Origin: Thermoanaerobaculia bacterium
GTDB taxonomy: Bacteria; Acidobacteriota; Thermoanaerobaculia; UBA5066; Gp7-AA6
NCBI GenBank assembly: GCA_036558325.1
Contig: DATBFU010000062.1
Location: forward strand, 55,048-119,047
Length of the DNA stretch: 64,000 nucleotides
Direction of reading: 5' to 3'
The translations under genes were made by a program, and so were the position numbers. The notes under the pieces were generated by a model. That model saw only the letters and a list, made by a program, of their open reading frames with translations, was not told where the DNA came from and made no database searches. This document shows positions 1 to 10,487 of this stretch, in pieces; position 1 is the first letter of the stretch, and every line of letters begins with the position of its first letter.

Positions 1-16
1 AGCTGTTAGCTCCCGG

Positions 17-1450
17 CTACCTCGCTCCGCGACCGGACAGCACCGCCGGCACGGTCTTCAGAAGGATCTTCAGGTCGAGCATCGGCGACCACGTGTCGAT
101 GTACTTGAGATCGAGCTCCATCCAGCGGTCGAAATCCAGATCGTTGCGCCCCGAGACCTGCCAGAGGCACGTGAGGCCGGGGCTCATCGACAGCCGGCGC
201 CGCTGCCACGGCTGGTAGCGCGCCACCTCCTCGGGCAGCGGGGGCCGCGGGCCCACGAGGCTCATGTCGCCGACGATGACGTTCGCGAGCTGCGGCAGCT
301 CGTCGATCGACAGCCGGCGCAGGACGCGCCCGACGAGGGTCAGCCGCGGGTCGTGCGAGGACTTGAAGACCGGCCCCGACATCTCGTTCAGGTGCGAGAT
401 CTCCGGCAGCCGCTCCTCCGCCCCGTCCTGCATCGTCCGGAACTTCAGGAGCGTGAAGTGCCGGCCGTTCAGACCGCAGCGCGTCTGGCGGAAGAAGATG
501 GGGCCCGACGAGGACAGCTTGATCGCGAGGGCCGCCAGGACCTGGATCGGCAGCGTCACGAGGAAGAGGAAGAGGGAGACGGCGAGATCCACGGCCCGCT
601 TGACGACGAGCTGAACGGGATTTGACGGCGTCGTCGTGAACGACAGGAGGGGCACGCCGTCGAGCTCCTCGAGCACCGGCCGCGCCAGAACGTGCGGAAA
701 GATGTCGAGCGATACGTGGGCCCGCACGCCGTGGCGTTCGGCGACGAGCAGCGCCTCCTCGTAGTCGCCGAGCTTGCCCTTTTCGATGACGAAGATCAGC
801 TCGTCGATCACGTTGCCGGCGAGCGCGGTCTCGAGGTCCGCGATCTTGCCCAGGCAGGGCCAGCGGTTGCCCTGCCGGATCTGCCCGCCGTTTTCGTCGT
901 CGAGATACCCGACCACGCGGAAGCCCCAGTGCGGGTGCGCCTCGAAGAAGTCCGCCATCGTGGCCGCTTTGCTGCCGGTCCCCACGACGAGCACGGTCCG
1001 GAAATTGAAACCGCGCGTGCGCACCCAGCGCGAGGCGAGCCGCAGCGCCACTTTCTCGCTGGCGAGGAAGGCGAAGTTGAGCGAGCCGAAGACGACGAGA
1101 AACCAGCGGCTCACGAATTCCAGGCGCAATCCGTACACGATCAGGGCGAGCAGCGCCGTCCCGCCGAAGGCGACGCGCGCCGCGGCCCAGATCTCCTCCC
1201 CGAGCGGCAGGGTCCGGTGGCTGCGGTAGAAGCCCGCCGCGTACAGCAGGAGCCCCCAGATCGGCAGGATCAGGGTCAGCAGGAAGAAGTACTGCTCGAA
1301 CGGATAGAGGGGCTGCGGGAAGAGCCGGGGAAGGAATCGCGCGAGGACGCCTTCGCGGAGCAGGTAGGCCAGGGGGAGAGAAACGGCGGTGAGGGCGAGG
1401 TCCCCCGCCAGGACCCCGAACGCCACCGCACGAGCTTTCTGCTTCAGCAT
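17..1450 (-). CDS. polyprenyl-phosphate hexose-1-phosphate transferase (WbaP/EpsB-type bacterial sugar transferase), glycan-initiating enzyme
   Basis: 477-aa ORF. It has N-terminal hydrophobic helices. C-terminal motifs DELPQLANVIVGDMSLVGPRPPLPEE and SPGLTCLWQVSGRNDL are typical of the bacterial sugar transferase family. Confidence 0.9.
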   Translation of the reverse strand: MLKQKARAVAFGVLAGDLALTAVSLPLAYLLREGVLARFLPRLFPQPLYPFEQYFFLLTLILPIWGLLLYAAGFYRSHRTLPLGEEIWAAARVAFGGTALLALIVYGLRLEFVSRWFLVVFGSLNFAFLASEKVALRLASRWVRTRGFNFRTVLVVGTGSKAATMADFFEAHPHWGFRVVGYLDDENGGQIRQGNRWPCLGKIADLETALAGNVIDELIFVIEKGKLGDYEEALLVAERHGVRAHVSLDIFPHVLARPVLEELDGVPLLSFTTTPSNPVQLVVKRAVDLAVSLFLFLVTLPIQVLAALAIKLSSSGPIFFRQTRCGLNGRHFTLLKFRTMQDGAEERLPEISHLNEMSGPVFKSSHDPRLTLVGRVLRRLSIDELPQLANVIVGDMSLVGPRPPLPEEVARYQPWQRRRLSMSPGLTCLWQVSGRNDLDFDRWMELDLKYIDTWSPMLDLKILLKTVPAVLSGRGAR

Positions 1451-1493
1451 GCCTTGCCGGGCGCGGCTTGCAGGCCGCTAAACCGTTCGCATG

Positions 1494-2597
1494 TTATGAG
1501 ATGACCGCCTTTCCATCAAGAACGGCCTCGTATCGCCGGGCCACATCCTCCCAGCGATAGCGCTCCTCGACGCGGCGGCGGGCCTTCTCCCCCCATTCGG
1601 AAGAGCTCGACGGATCGTCCAGGATCGCCTGGAGCAGGGACGTGAGCGACGCCGGTTTCGTTACGTCGAACGGCAGCGCCGCGCCCCCGGCCACCTCCTC
1701 ATTCTCCGCCGACCGGTTATAGCAAACCACGCGCCCGAACCCCATCGCCTCGACGAGGGCCGGGTGCGTTCCGCCGACCTCCGTGGCCTGAACGTAGACG
1801 GCCGCGTTCGACAGGAGCTCGCGATAGCCCTCTCCGTAGATCGCGCCCGGGAACCGCACCCGGGCGTCCGCTTCGCGGCGCACGCGCGCGATGTAGCTCG
1901 CGGCGTAGGGCGCATCCCCCACCACCACGAGGGGCGTGTCGCCGCGCACGTCCCGATAGGCGCGCACGACCGCGTCCGCGTTGTTCTCGGGCTCGAGGCG
2001 CGAGACGTAGAGAACGTAGCGTCCGGGAGAGAGCCCCAGCCGGTCCAGCGCCGCGCGCCCGGCGGGCCGCGGAAGATCGCCCCCGTACGGAATGAAGACG
2101 CTGTCGAGCCCGTAGCGCTGCCGGTAGTAATCCTGGATGACGCGCGCGTCCGAGACGACGGCATCCGGAACGATCGTCGAGAGCCGTTCGGAGACCTTGT
2201 AGGCCCAGCGTCCCGCGACGCTCCACTTGCGGCGGTTCCGCTCGAGCCCGTCCACGTTCAGGACGACGCGCGTCCGGCCCGACAGTCGCGGGAGAAAGCA
2301 GGCCGCCGCGTTGATCGCGTTGCAGAAGAGGACCGCGTCGTAGCGCTCGAACATCGCGTCGAGCGCCGAGATCCCGCCGTGAACGAGCGTTTCGAGATAT
2401 TTCGTCGGCACCGTCGGCAGGACGCGAATGCGCGCCCCCCGCCATTCGGACACCCCGGGCTCGGCGTAGCGCGGCCGCCCGTATACCGTCACGTCGTGTC
2501 CCCATGCCGCGAGTCGGGCGGACAGCTCCTCGGCGAGCGTCTCGAAACCGCCGTACCGTCCGGGGATCCCGCGGGTGCCGAGGATCGCGATTCTCAC
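1494..2597 (-). CDS. glycosyltransferase family 1/4 (GT-B fold)
   Basis: Only the last 367 codons of the 976-aa run-on ORF look like protein. GTG at 2597 gives VRIAILGTRGIPGRYGGFETLAEEL. The C-terminal ATEVGGTHPALVEAMGFG is a nucleotide-sugar binding motif. The upstream part is an Arg/Pro-rich out-of-frame read of the next gene. Confidence 0.85.
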   Translation of the reverse strand: MRIAILGTRGIPGRYGGFETLAEELSARLAAWGHDVTVYGRPRYAEPGVSEWRGARIRVLPTVPTKYLETLVHGGISALDAMFERYDAVLFCNAINAAACFLPRLSGRTRVVLNVDGLERNRRKWSVAGRWAYKVSERLSTIVPDAVVSDARVIQDYYRQRYGLDSVFIPYGGDLPRPAGRAALDRLGLSPGRYVLYVSRLEPENNADAVVRAYRDVRGDTPLVVVGDAPYAASYIARVRREADARVRFPGAIYGEGYRELLSNAAVYVQATEVGGTHPALVEAMGFGRVVCYNRSAENEEVAGGAALPFDVTKPASLTSLLQAILDDPSSSSEWGEKARRRVEERYRWEDVARRYEAVLDGKAVIS

Positions 2598-2608
2598 CCG
2601 CTCGATCT

Positions 2609-4060
2609 CTAGGGCTTCGCCACCGCGTCGCGCGCCTTCTTGCGCGCTTCGGCGTCCTCGGTGATGAGCTTGTAAGCGATGTAGTACTTGTAGATGTTCG
2701 AAACGTAAGTCACCGTCTCGCGGCCGATCTTCTCGGACGCCACGATCTCGACATTGTTGAACCAGACGTTGGGATCGAGGCCCCGCTTCGCCGCCTCCTT
2801 CCGGAGGCTCGCGATCCGCGCGGGGCCCGCGTTGTAGGACGCGAAGGCGAAGAGGCCCTTGTTCAGCTTGTCCATGGGCTCGTTGGCGTAGTAGCGGTCG
2901 ATCATGAACCGCATGTACTTGACGCCGGCATGGATGTTGGGCTCGATCTGCGTGATATCTCCGACCTTGAGGTCCTTGCCCGTCGCCGGCATCACCTGCA
3001 TGACCCCGACCGCGCCGACCTGGCTCTTCGCGTTCTGATTGAGCTGGGACTCCTGATAGCCCTGAGCGGCCATCAGCAGGTAATCCATGTCGTACTGGTC
3101 CGAGTACTTGTGGAAGAAGTCGACGGTCTGCTGAAACTTCTTGCGCTCGGTGTCGGACGCGGCGTTCTTCACGAACCGGGTGTTCTTCAGATACTTCTGG
3201 AAGAGCATGTTGTACGTGGCCGAGCCCGCCGGATACTTGGCGATGAAGGCGTCGAGCTCCGCTTTCAACTTCGGGCTGTTCTTCCGGATCGCCCAGCCGA
3301 TGTCCGCGTCCTTGCGTAACACGGCCTCCGGGTGGAGGACGAGCTTCGGATAGACGCCGGCCCAGAATTTCGCGACGAAGTCCTCGACGACGACGTAATG
3401 GACGAGACCGGCGTTCGTCATCTCGAGAAGGTCCTCGTCCTCGAGGTCCGCCGGCGCGAAGCGCAGCTTGACGGGCGCCTTGCCGCGCTTCCCGAGTTCG
3501 GCGTTCAGCGCCTGGAGGCTCTCGTGGTAGATCGACTTCTCGCGGACGAAGACCTCCTTGCCGGAAAGGTCGTCCGCGCTCGCGATCGCCTCCGCGTCCG
3601 GGCCCGAGACGACGATCTCGGAAACGTTCTTCAACACCGGACTGGAGAAATCGACCACCTTCAGGCGTTCCGGCGTGATGGTCAGGTTCCCGGTGGCGAT
3701 GTCGCCGCGGCCGGAGAGCAGGGCGTCCGCCAGGTCCGCGCGCCGCGTCGGAATGAAGGCCACGTGGATCTTGAGGTTGCCGGTCTTGTACTTCTTGTTG
3801 ATCTCGTCCTCGAACATCTTGAAGGCTTCGTAGGTGATTCCCCGCGGGGCGCCCTTGTCGATGAAGTAGTTCGTCTTGTTGTAGACGACGAGGACGCGGA
3901 CGATTCGCCGCTTGCGCAGCGCGTCGAAATCCCCGCCGACGTCCTTCATCACCCGCACCGGCATCTCGTGGACGTCTTTTTTGTCGGTCTGCGCCGCCCC
4001 GGCGGCGGGCGCCGCGATGAAGGCGAGGGCCAGGCCGATCCGCGCCATGCGGCGCAACAT
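2609..4060 (-). CDS. MltF-like membrane-bound lytic murein transglycosylase (solute-binding-like domain + SLT domain)
   Basis: ATG at 4060 gives signal peptide MLRRMARIGLALAFIAAPAAGAAQ. An N-terminal SBP_bac_3-like domain is followed by a C-terminal SLT motif GYQESQL...VGAVGVMQVMPATG...SYNAGP. Confidence 0.85.
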   Translation of the reverse strand: MLRRMARIGLALAFIAAPAAGAAQTDKKDVHEMPVRVMKDVGGDFDALRKRRIVRVLVVYNKTNYFIDKGAPRGITYEAFKMFEDEINKKYKTGNLKIHVAFIPTRRADLADALLSGRGDIATGNLTITPERLKVVDFSSPVLKNVSEIVVSGPDAEAIASADDLSGKEVFVREKSIYHESLQALNAELGKRGKAPVKLRFAPADLEDEDLLEMTNAGLVHYVVVEDFVAKFWAGVYPKLVLHPEAVLRKDADIGWAIRKNSPKLKAELDAFIAKYPAGSATYNMLFQKYLKNTRFVKNAASDTERKKFQQTVDFFHKYSDQYDMDYLLMAAQGYQESQLNQNAKSQVGAVGVMQVMPATGKDLKVGDITQIEPNIHAGVKYMRFMIDRYYANEPMDKLNKGLFAFASYNAGPARIASLRKEAAKRGLDPNVWFNNVEIVASEKIGRETVTYVSNIYKYYIAYKLITEDAEARKKARDAVAKP

Positions 4061-4095
4061 GAGCTCTTTCAAGGATTGCTCTCCGGGAACGGATT

Positions 4096-5046
4096 CTAAC
4101 CGCGCCGGCGCGCGAGCCCCGCGATCTCGCGCCGCTTGGCCCACAGACGGCGGCGATTCCTCCAGAGCCATCCGAATGCCGGAAGCGAGGAGCGCTCGAC
4201 GGTGAGGCAGGCCCCGAGGACGACGACGTCGCGCGCGAGCGTCGGGACGAGCGTCGCGAAGAAGCCGCCCGCGGTCTGGTTGTTGATCCGCAGCAGAAAG
4301 CGGTTCTTGACCGAATGGTAATTGGCGAGCGGCGACATGTCGCGCCGGCGGGAAGGCAGGTTCGTGCGCCGATGCCAGGCGACGGCGTCGGGCACGTAGA
4401 GACACCTCCAACCGAGGCGGGCAAGCCGCAGGGCGAGGTCCGCGTCCTCGCGGTAGAGAAAGAAGTCCGCGTCGAAGTAGCCGGTCGAGATCTTCACGGA
4501 CTCGAGGGCCTCGCGCCGATAGAAGCCCGCCGCGCCCGTCGTGCCGGCGATCTCCTCCTCGATCAGGTATCGCCCCGCCCCCTCCCGCTCCGAGCCGCGG
4601 TCGAAGTGCCGGCCCGACGCCCGAAAGACGATTCCGGTCGAGTCGAGCCGCGTCGTCGCCGCGAGCGCGGCTCCCTCCGCCCGGTAGATCCTCCCGGACG
4701 CCGAGCCGACGTCCGGCCGCTCGTCGAGACGCGCCGCCAGCCGCGCCGCGAAGTCGGGAGCCAGTCGGCAGTCAGGGTTCAACGCGAGCACGTAACGGCC
4801 CTTCGAAGCCTCGATGCCGGCGTTCATCGCCGCGGAGAAGCCGACGTTTCCGGGCAGCGCGATCACGCGGACGTCCGGCGCCAGCCGCCGGGCGATTTCG
4901 ATGGAGCCATCGCGCGAGGCGCCGTCCACGACGATCGTCTCGGTCGAAACGCCGCGCTGCGCGGACGCGCTCGGGAGCGACGCCGGAAGATCCGCCGCCG
5001 AATCGTGCGTCACGAGGACGATCGAGACGTCGACGATCGCCGTCAT
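4096..5046 (-). CDS. glycosyltransferase family 2
   Basis: 316 aa. The N-terminus VSIVLVTHDSAADL, then VVDGASRDGS and a DxD-like EDADL, fit the GT-A fold signature. Its ATG overlaps the stop of the upstream gene (ATGA at 5043-5046). Confidence 0.85.
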   Translation of the reverse strand: MTAIVDVSIVLVTHDSAADLPASLPSASAQRGVSTETIVVDGASRDGSIEIARRLAPDVRVIALPGNVGFSAAMNAGIEASKGRYVLALNPDCRLAPDFAARLAARLDERPDVGSASGRIYRAEGAALAATTRLDSTGIVFRASGRHFDRGSEREGAGRYLIEEEIAGTTGAAGFYRREALESVKISTGYFDADFFLYREDADLALRLARLGWRCLYVPDAVAWHRRTNLPSRRRDMSPLANYHSVKNRFLLRINNQTAGGFFATLVPTLARDVVVLGACLTVERSSLPAFGWLWRNRRRLWAKRREIAGLARRRG

Positions 5047-6050
5047 CGCGAGGACGGGCCGAGGCCGAGCGAGAGCCGCAGCACGGAGAGATAGGCGCGC
5101 GCCGATTCACCCTTCGGTCGGGGATCGGAACGCCGCAGCGGCAGCGCCGCGAGGCGCAGGAGCATGCCTGCCGGAAGCAGCAGCCGGTACACCGCCCGCG
5201 CCGCGAAGCCGTAATGTCGCCGGCGGTAGCGCATCGCGTTGAGGTAGTAGAGCGGCAGGAACTTCGCGTAGCCGAGGCGCGCCGAGGCGGCGCCGCCGCG
5301 ATGCCGGAATCGCGCCGCCGGCCAGTAGAGGATCTGTCCGATCGGCGCCAGGCGCGCGCAGAGATCCACGTCCTCGAACCAGGCCGGCGTGAAGTCTTCC
5401 GCGAAGCCGCCGACCCGGCGGAACGCCTCCCCGCGCACGGCCAGAGCGGCGGCCGCCGCCTGCGCGACGGGAATCGGACGCTCGGGGTCGCGGTCGGCGT
5501 ACCGATCGCGGCGGCGCGCCCGATTGTTCGGAAACAGGTGGTCGATGAGGAGGAGCTCGCGCGCGTCGGACAGGATCGTCGGGAGCGCGCGCAGCTGGAA
5601 CGTAAACTGGTTCTCGTTTCCCGGAGGCGCGAGCCGCGTTTCCTCTCCGGCCGCGCGGTCCGGCGTCCCGGTGTGGGCGTCGAGAAGGCGCGGCGCGAGC
5701 GCGGCCGCCTCGGGACGCTCGCGGAAACCTCGCGCGATGGCCGTGAAGGGATCGCCTTCGGCGCGCGTGTCCGGGTTCAGGAACAGCAGGATGTTCGATG
5801 GCGTCCCGGCCGCGCCCTGATTCGCGGCGGCGGCGTAGCCGCGGTTCTCGGCGTTCACGACCACCTCGGCATCCGGCCAGCGGGCCGCGATCTGGCGCGG
5901 TGAGGCGTCGCCGCCGTTGACGACGACGGTCAGCCGCGCGCGCGGACCGTCCGCCGGCACGCGGGCGCGCGCCGCGGCCAGCGACTCGACGGCCGCGTAC
6001 AGATCCGGCGCGTCGTGCCAGGAGACGACGATGATCCCGATCTCGTCCAC
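5043..6050 (-). CDS. glycosyltransferase family 2
   Basis: 335 aa. IGIIVVSWHDAPDL ... VVVNGGD ... FEDVDLCARL match the typical GT2 layout. Confidence 0.8.
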   Translation of the reverse strand: MDEIGIIVVSWHDAPDLYAAVESLAAARARVPADGPRARLTVVVNGGDASPRQIAARWPDAEVVVNAENRGYAAAANQGAAGTPSNILLFLNPDTRAEGDPFTAIARGFRERPEAAALAPRLLDAHTGTPDRAAGEETRLAPPGNENQFTFQLRALPTILSDARELLLIDHLFPNNRARRRDRYADRDPERPIPVAQAAAAALAVRGEAFRRVGGFAEDFTPAWFEDVDLCARLAPIGQILYWPAARFRHRGGAASARLGYAKFLPLYYLNAMRYRRRHYGFAARAVYRLLLPAGMLLRLAALPLRRSDPRPKGESARAYLSVLRLSLGLGPSSR

Positions 6051-6059
6051 CCGCGGATT

Positions 6060-6983
6060 CTACGGATGGCGCCCGTCGGCCGCCGCCGCCTCCGGCCAGT
6101 CGGGCAGGCGCCGCGGCTCCCGGCGGAAACGCAGCGCTTCGAGCGGAAGCTGCGGCCAAACGAGCAGCGGCAGCGCGGCGCCCTTCCATCCGAGCGCCCG
6201 GGCGTGGGCCAGGTCCGCCCGCAGGAGTCTTCCGAAGCTCGCACGGATGCGCCGCGGCTCGAAGTTCCGAAAGAGCGTCCGCCAGCGGTTGCGCGCCGTC
6301 CAGATCGCCCGCCGGAACGGCGTTCGGCTCCCGGTGCGGCCTCCCTCGTGGCGCGCCACCGCGGACGGATCGCACGCGAACCGCCAGCCCGCCCGCGCGA
6401 GGCGAAGCGACAGGTCCGCGTCCTCGTAGTACGCGAAGAACGTGTCGTCGAAGACCTGTCCCTGCGGCGCCACGGCGGAGAGCGCCTCCCGGCGATAGAG
6501 GGCCGCGGTGGCCGAGACGCCGGCCACCTCGAACGCCTCGGACGGAGCCGCGGCGGCCGAGGCGCCGGAGAGAACGGGCACGGCTTCGCCGCGGTCGGTC
6601 CACGCGATTCCGGCCGTGTCGACACGCGACCCGTCCGCCGTCCGCACGAGCCCCTGCGCCGCCGCCAGACGCTCGTCGAGCGCCAGGCGCGCCGCCAGCC
6701 GCGCGGCGTAGTCCGGCGCGAGCGTCGCGTCGTTGTTGACGAGAAGCACGAATGGAGCGCGCGTGCGCGCGATGCCCTCGTTGGCGGCGCCGGCGAACCC
6801 GAGGTTGCGCGAGAACCCGACGACGCGCACGCCCTTCTCCGCCGACAGCCGCTCCCGCTCGGAGGCGCTCGAATCGTTGTCCACGACGACGAGTGAGAGG
6901 TTCACTTCCTCCTGTTGCTGGAGCGACCGGATCGCCGCGAAGACGGACTCGCCGCCGTCGCGGTTGACGATCACCGCGTCCAC
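6060..6983 (-). CDS. glycosyltransferase family 2
   Basis: The track ORF runs to 7070 but would then overlap the divergent serS start. GTG at 6983 gives [32 protein letters not shown] (GT2 pattern). The start codon is uncertain. Confidence 0.78.
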   Translation of the reverse strand: MDAVIVNRDGGESVFAAIRSLQQQEEVNLSLVVVDNDSSASERERLSAEKGVRVVGFSRNLGFAGAANEGIARTRAPFVLLVNNDATLAPDYAARLAARLALDERLAAAQGLVRTADGSRVDTAGIAWTDRGEAVPVLSGASAAAAPSEAFEVAGVSATAALYRREALSAVAPQGQVFDDTFFAYYEDADLSLRLARAGWRFACDPSAVARHEGGRTGSRTPFRRAIWTARNRWRTLFRNFEPRRIRASFGRLLRADLAHARALGWKGAALPLLVWPQLPLEALRFRREPRRLPDWPEAAAADGRHP

Positions 6984-7060
6984 GTCGGGAAGATGGGAGG
7001 GGCGGTTCAAGGGATGGCGATGCGCGAAGCCTGTCGGCGCGATATAACTCGCGCGCGACG

Positions 7061-8329
7061 ATGCTACCACGCGATTTTCTCCGCGAGAACGCGGAACGCC
7101 TGCTCGCCGACTATCCGGAGCGCTACGCCGGATCGGGTCTCGAGCGCTTCGCCGAGGTCGACCGCCGGCGACGCGACGCGGTCACGCGACTCGAGGAGAA
7201 GCGCCGCCGGCGCAACGAGCTGACCACCGTGAAGGGCAAGCCGTCGCCCGAGGCGCTCGCGGAAATGAAGGGATTGAAGGAGGAGATCCGCGCGCTCGAG
7301 GAGCAGGCCGAGAAGGACGACGCCGAGCTCGCGGACGTCGAAACGCGGATCCCGAATGCGCCGCACCCGAGCGTGCCCCGCGGCAAGGACGAGAGCGCCA
7401 ATCGCGTCGAGCGCTCCGTCGGAGAGCCGCCGCGCTTCGACTTCGAGCCCAAGGCGCACTGGGACCTCGGCCCGGCCCTTGGCATCCTCGACTTCGAGCG
7501 CGGCGCGAAGCTCGCCGGCGCGCGGTTCACGGTGCTCCGAGGCGCCGGGGCGAGGCTCTCCCGGGCGCTTACCGCGTTCATGCTGGATCTCCAGACGCGC
7601 GAGCACGGCTACGAAGAGATCTTCCCGCCGGCTCTGACCAACGCGGCGTGCCTCTTCGGGACGACGCAGCTCCCCAAGTTCGAGGACGACCTGTTTAAGA
7701 CGCGCGAGGGCTACTACCTCATCTCGACGGCGGAGGTACCGCTGACGAATCTCCACCGCGAGGAGACGCTGACGGCGGGCGCGCTTCCCCTCCGCTACAC
7801 CGCCGGGACGTCGTGCTTCCGCGCCGAAGCGGGCGCCGCCGGGCGCGACACGCGCGGCATGATCCGCCAGCACCAGTTCGAGAAGGTCGAGATCGTGCAG
7901 ATCGTGCGGCCGGAGGGCTCCGACGCCGCGCTCGAGAAGCTGACGGGCCACGCCGAGGAGGTGCTGCGGCGGCTCGAGCTCCCTTACCGCGTCGTCTCTC
8001 TCTGCACGGGCGATCTCGGTTTTGGCGCGGCGAAGACGTACGACCTCGAGGTGTGGCTCCCCGGCCAGAACGCCTACCGCGAGATCTCCTCCTGCTCGAC
8101 GTTAGGCGATTTCCAGGCGCGCCGGGCCCAGATCCGATTCCGCCGCGCGGAGGGCGAGAAGCCCGAGTTCGTCCACACGCTCAACGGATCGGCCCTCGCG
8201 ATCGGGCGGACCATGGTCGCGATCCTCGAGAACTTCCAGCGCGCCGACGGCTCCGTCGCGATCCCGAAGGCGCTGCAGCCGTACTTCGGAGGCAACGAGA
8301 TCGGAGCCCGCAGCGACGAAGCCGGCTAG
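7061..8329 (+). CDS. serS: seryl-tRNA synthetase
   Basis: 422 aa. The N-terminal [14 protein letters not shown] leads into a coiled-coil arm. The class II core includes [28 protein letters not shown] and [18 protein letters not shown]. Confidence 0.95.
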   Translation: MLPRDFLRENAERLLADYPERYAGSGLERFAEVDRRRRDAVTRLEEKRRRRNELTTVKGKPSPEALAEMKGLKEEIRALEEQAEKDDAELADVETRIPNAPHPSVPRGKDESANRVERSVGEPPRFDFEPKAHWDLGPALGILDFERGAKLAGARFTVLRGAGARLSRALTAFMLDLQTREHGYEEIFPPALTNAACLFGTTQLPKFEDDLFKTREGYYLISTAEVPLTNLHREETLTAGALPLRYTAGTSCFRAEAGAAGRDTRGMIRQHQFEKVEIVQIVRPEGSDAALEKLTGHAEEVLRRLELPYRVVSLCTGDLGFGAAKTYDLEVWLPGQNAYREISSCSTLGDFQARRAQIRFRRAEGEKPEFVHTLNGSALAIGRTMVAILENFQRADGSVAIPKALQPYFGGNEIGARSDEAG

Positions 8330-10482
8330 GGCGACTGCGGCTCGGCCGCGGGCACGACGACCCGCCACTGCTCCGAGGACCCGTCGTTCGTGAAGGACCC
8401 GAGTCTCGCCCCGTTCGGACCGAGCATCAAGATCGCTCCGGACGGAAAGAAATCCGCGTCGTATCCGGACGAGGAGCCTGCTCCGATGCATTCGCCGATG
8501 TATCGGCCGACCGCCATGTTGGGGACGCGGACTCCTCCGATGACGTAGCTGACGCCTCCGAGCGCCACGGGCTGCCCGCCCTGATCGACGAAGTTCACGT
8601 GAATCCGCGAAGTCGCCGGCGGCAGGGTGATGACCTGGACTTCGTCCGACCGGCCGACATCGACGACCGCGGTGCCGACCGCGTACCCGCAGACATGCGC
8701 GTAAATGGCATGTGACCCGGCCGAGAGCCCCTCAAAAGCGAACGTTCCATCCTCCGCGGTCATCCGAGAGTCGTTCGGCTGCCGGCCCGTCAAGTCGAGA
8801 TCCAGGCCGACCCATGCCCTCTGGATGGGGCGGCCTTCCGGATCCTCGACCCGTCCCTTCAGCCCGGTCCCCTTTGTCATCGCGATCACGATCCCCGTGC
8901 CGCTCTCTCCGGGAGCGACTCCGCGGAGCGCCTTCTCGGCATACCCTTCCGCCTGCGCATCCAGGTCGAATGGCCCGTCCCGAAGACCGTCGAAGCGAAA
9001 CCCGCCGTCGGCGCCCGAACTGGTCGACTCGCTCTGTGCGGACCGACCGACCATCGTTCCGTCCTTCATCGGGCTCGACTGGATACCGACAGTCGCACCG
9101 CTGATCGGCGCACCGGAATCGGCATCAACCACGGTCCCGGAGAGCGACGCCGAGGGCAGCGAGACGTCGTGCGGAAACTCGGCGATTGACGGGGAAATCT
9201 CGATGCGCTCATCGAAGCGCGCCGCATCGGGTGGAAAGACTCGGAGACCATATGTTCCGGGAGACCAGACAAAAAGCTCGTATTCGCCGGCGGCGTTGCT
9301 GGTCGTGCCCGCGGATTCGCCGGCTTTCTGAAAGATGTTGACCTTTGCGCCCTCGACGGGCTCGTCGTTCTTCCAGATCTCTCCGTATACCTTCACCGGC
9401 GAGAATTCCTCACGGATCTCCGCCACCTGATCCGCGAGCACCGCGACGTCGACATGGCCCCAGAATCCGCTCGGGGGAGCGGTCGCCAGGGACAGGGCGA
9501 CCTGCCCCGGGGAAATGTTGGGGAATTCCAGGTCGATCTCGGACCGAGGATCGACCTGGCGCGTCGCCAGAGGCGGGGCGCCCCGACGGCGTGAACCGCT
9601 GGGCCAGAGGGATGCGACGAGCTTGCCGCCGGGAAGCCGCTTTGGAAACGTGAGGTGCGCTTCGATCGCGCCGGTGCCGCCTACGAAAAGATCTCCGACT
9701 TCCACCGTCTGTCCCGCGCGCACGGAGAGGCCCGCTCGATCGGCTCCCCGGTGGCCCGGAACCTGGATGTGGAGATCCCATGCTCCCGGCGGGACGCTGG
9801 CGAAGTCCAGATCCTCGCTGTCGGCGGCGACCGGCCAGTCTGCAAACAGAGCGGCCGCCGGAGAGTCGTTGCGAGCTCGCGCCGACGATCGCAAATAGCC
9901 TCGCCATTCTGGCGGGGCCTTCCCGGATCGTGCATTGCGCACTCGCCCATGAACTCGGCCGGCTGGAAGCGCGGAAAGGCGCGGGAGGTCCATGGCGGAG
10001 CCTCGGACCGAGACTCCGACGTGAAAGATTGGACCGAATCCCGGTTCGAGCAGCGCAACGTCCCAGATGCCCTCAGCGAGGACAAACCGTACGAATGTGC
10101 CGCTCTCCGACCGCTCGATTCGAGCGGAAAAAGTGCCGGCCCCAGACCACGTCTCGTCCTTGCGTTTCAGGATCACCGTCGCATCGCCGAACCCCTTGTG
10201 CGGGTCGGTAGCCCAACGAAGAAGCGTGAGATGGGCAGGAAAGTAGCGAATCTCCCCGGCGGCGGGATGAAGACCGACTCCGGAAAGCGTGTAGTAGCGA
10301 AACTCTTTGGAGTCGAGGACCTTCGGACTCGACACACAGCCTCGGCCGCCCGAAAGAAGGAGTTGGCCCGCGGCGGTCGCCATGGAAGAAGGCGACTTGA
10401 AAGCGGTGCCCGGCGCGGGTTCCAGGCTCCAGAGAGAGCATGGGCTCGCGACGACCGCCGCCGCGAGGGCGAGCGCGAGCAT
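8326..10482 (-). CDS. secreted multi-domain protein with carboxypeptidase-regulatory-like (CarboxypepD_reg) beta-sandwich repeats
   Basis: ATG at 10482 gives the hydrophobic leader [16 protein letters not shown]. Repeats such as [21 protein letters not shown] and [18 protein letters not shown] are typical of CarboxypepD_reg domains. The 5' part of the track ORF (to 10755) looks non-coding. The start is uncertain. Confidence 0.7.
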   Translation of the reverse strand: MLALALAAAVVASPCSLWSLEPAPGTAFKSPSSMATAAGQLLLSGGRGCVSSPKVLDSKEFRYYTLSGVGLHPAAGEIRYFPAHLTLLRWATDPHKGFGDATVILKRKDETWSGAGTFSARIERSESGTFVRFVLAEGIWDVALLEPGFGPIFHVGVSVRGSAMDLPRLSALPAGRVHGRVRNARSGKAPPEWRGYLRSSARARNDSPAAALFADWPVAADSEDLDFASVPPGAWDLHIQVPGHRGADRAGLSVRAGQTVEVGDLFVGGTGAIEAHLTFPKRLPGGKLVASLWPSGSRRRGAPPLATRQVDPRSEIDLEFPNISPGQVALSLATAPPSGFWGHVDVAVLADQVAEIREEFSPVKVYGEIWKNDEPVEGAKVNIFQKAGESAGTTSNAAGEYELFVWSPGTYGLRVFPPDAARFDERIEISPSIAEFPHDVSLPSASLSGTVVDADSGAPISGATVGIQSSPMKDGTMVGRSAQSESTSSGADGGFRFDGLRDGPFDLDAQAEGYAEKALRGVAPGESGTGIVIAMTKGTGLKGRVEDPEGRPIQRAWVGLDLDLTGRQPNDSRMTAEDGTFAFEGLSAGSHAIYAHVCGYAVGTAVVDVGRSDEVQVITLPPATSRIHVNFVDQGGQPVALGGVSYVIGGVRVPNMAVGRYIGECIGAGSSSGYDADFFPSGAILMLGPNGARLGSFTNDGSSEQWRVVVPAAEPQSP

Positions 10483-10487
10483 GGATC

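Noticed and set aside
1494-4424. 976-aa ORF that looks like one giant gene
   Set aside because: Only the last 367 codons (from the GTG at 2597) have glycosyltransferase-like sequence. The N-terminal 600 aa is Arg/Pro/Gly-rich and is an out-of-frame read of the MltF-like gene (2609-4060), which has clear signal peptide and SLT motifs.
6984-7070. N-terminal extension of the third GT2 gene overlapping the serS start
   Set aside because: The serS N-terminus ([14 protein letters not shown]) matches the family's canonical start. Divergent genes overlapping at their 5' ends are unlikely, and the GTG at 6983 gives a typical GT2 N-terminus.
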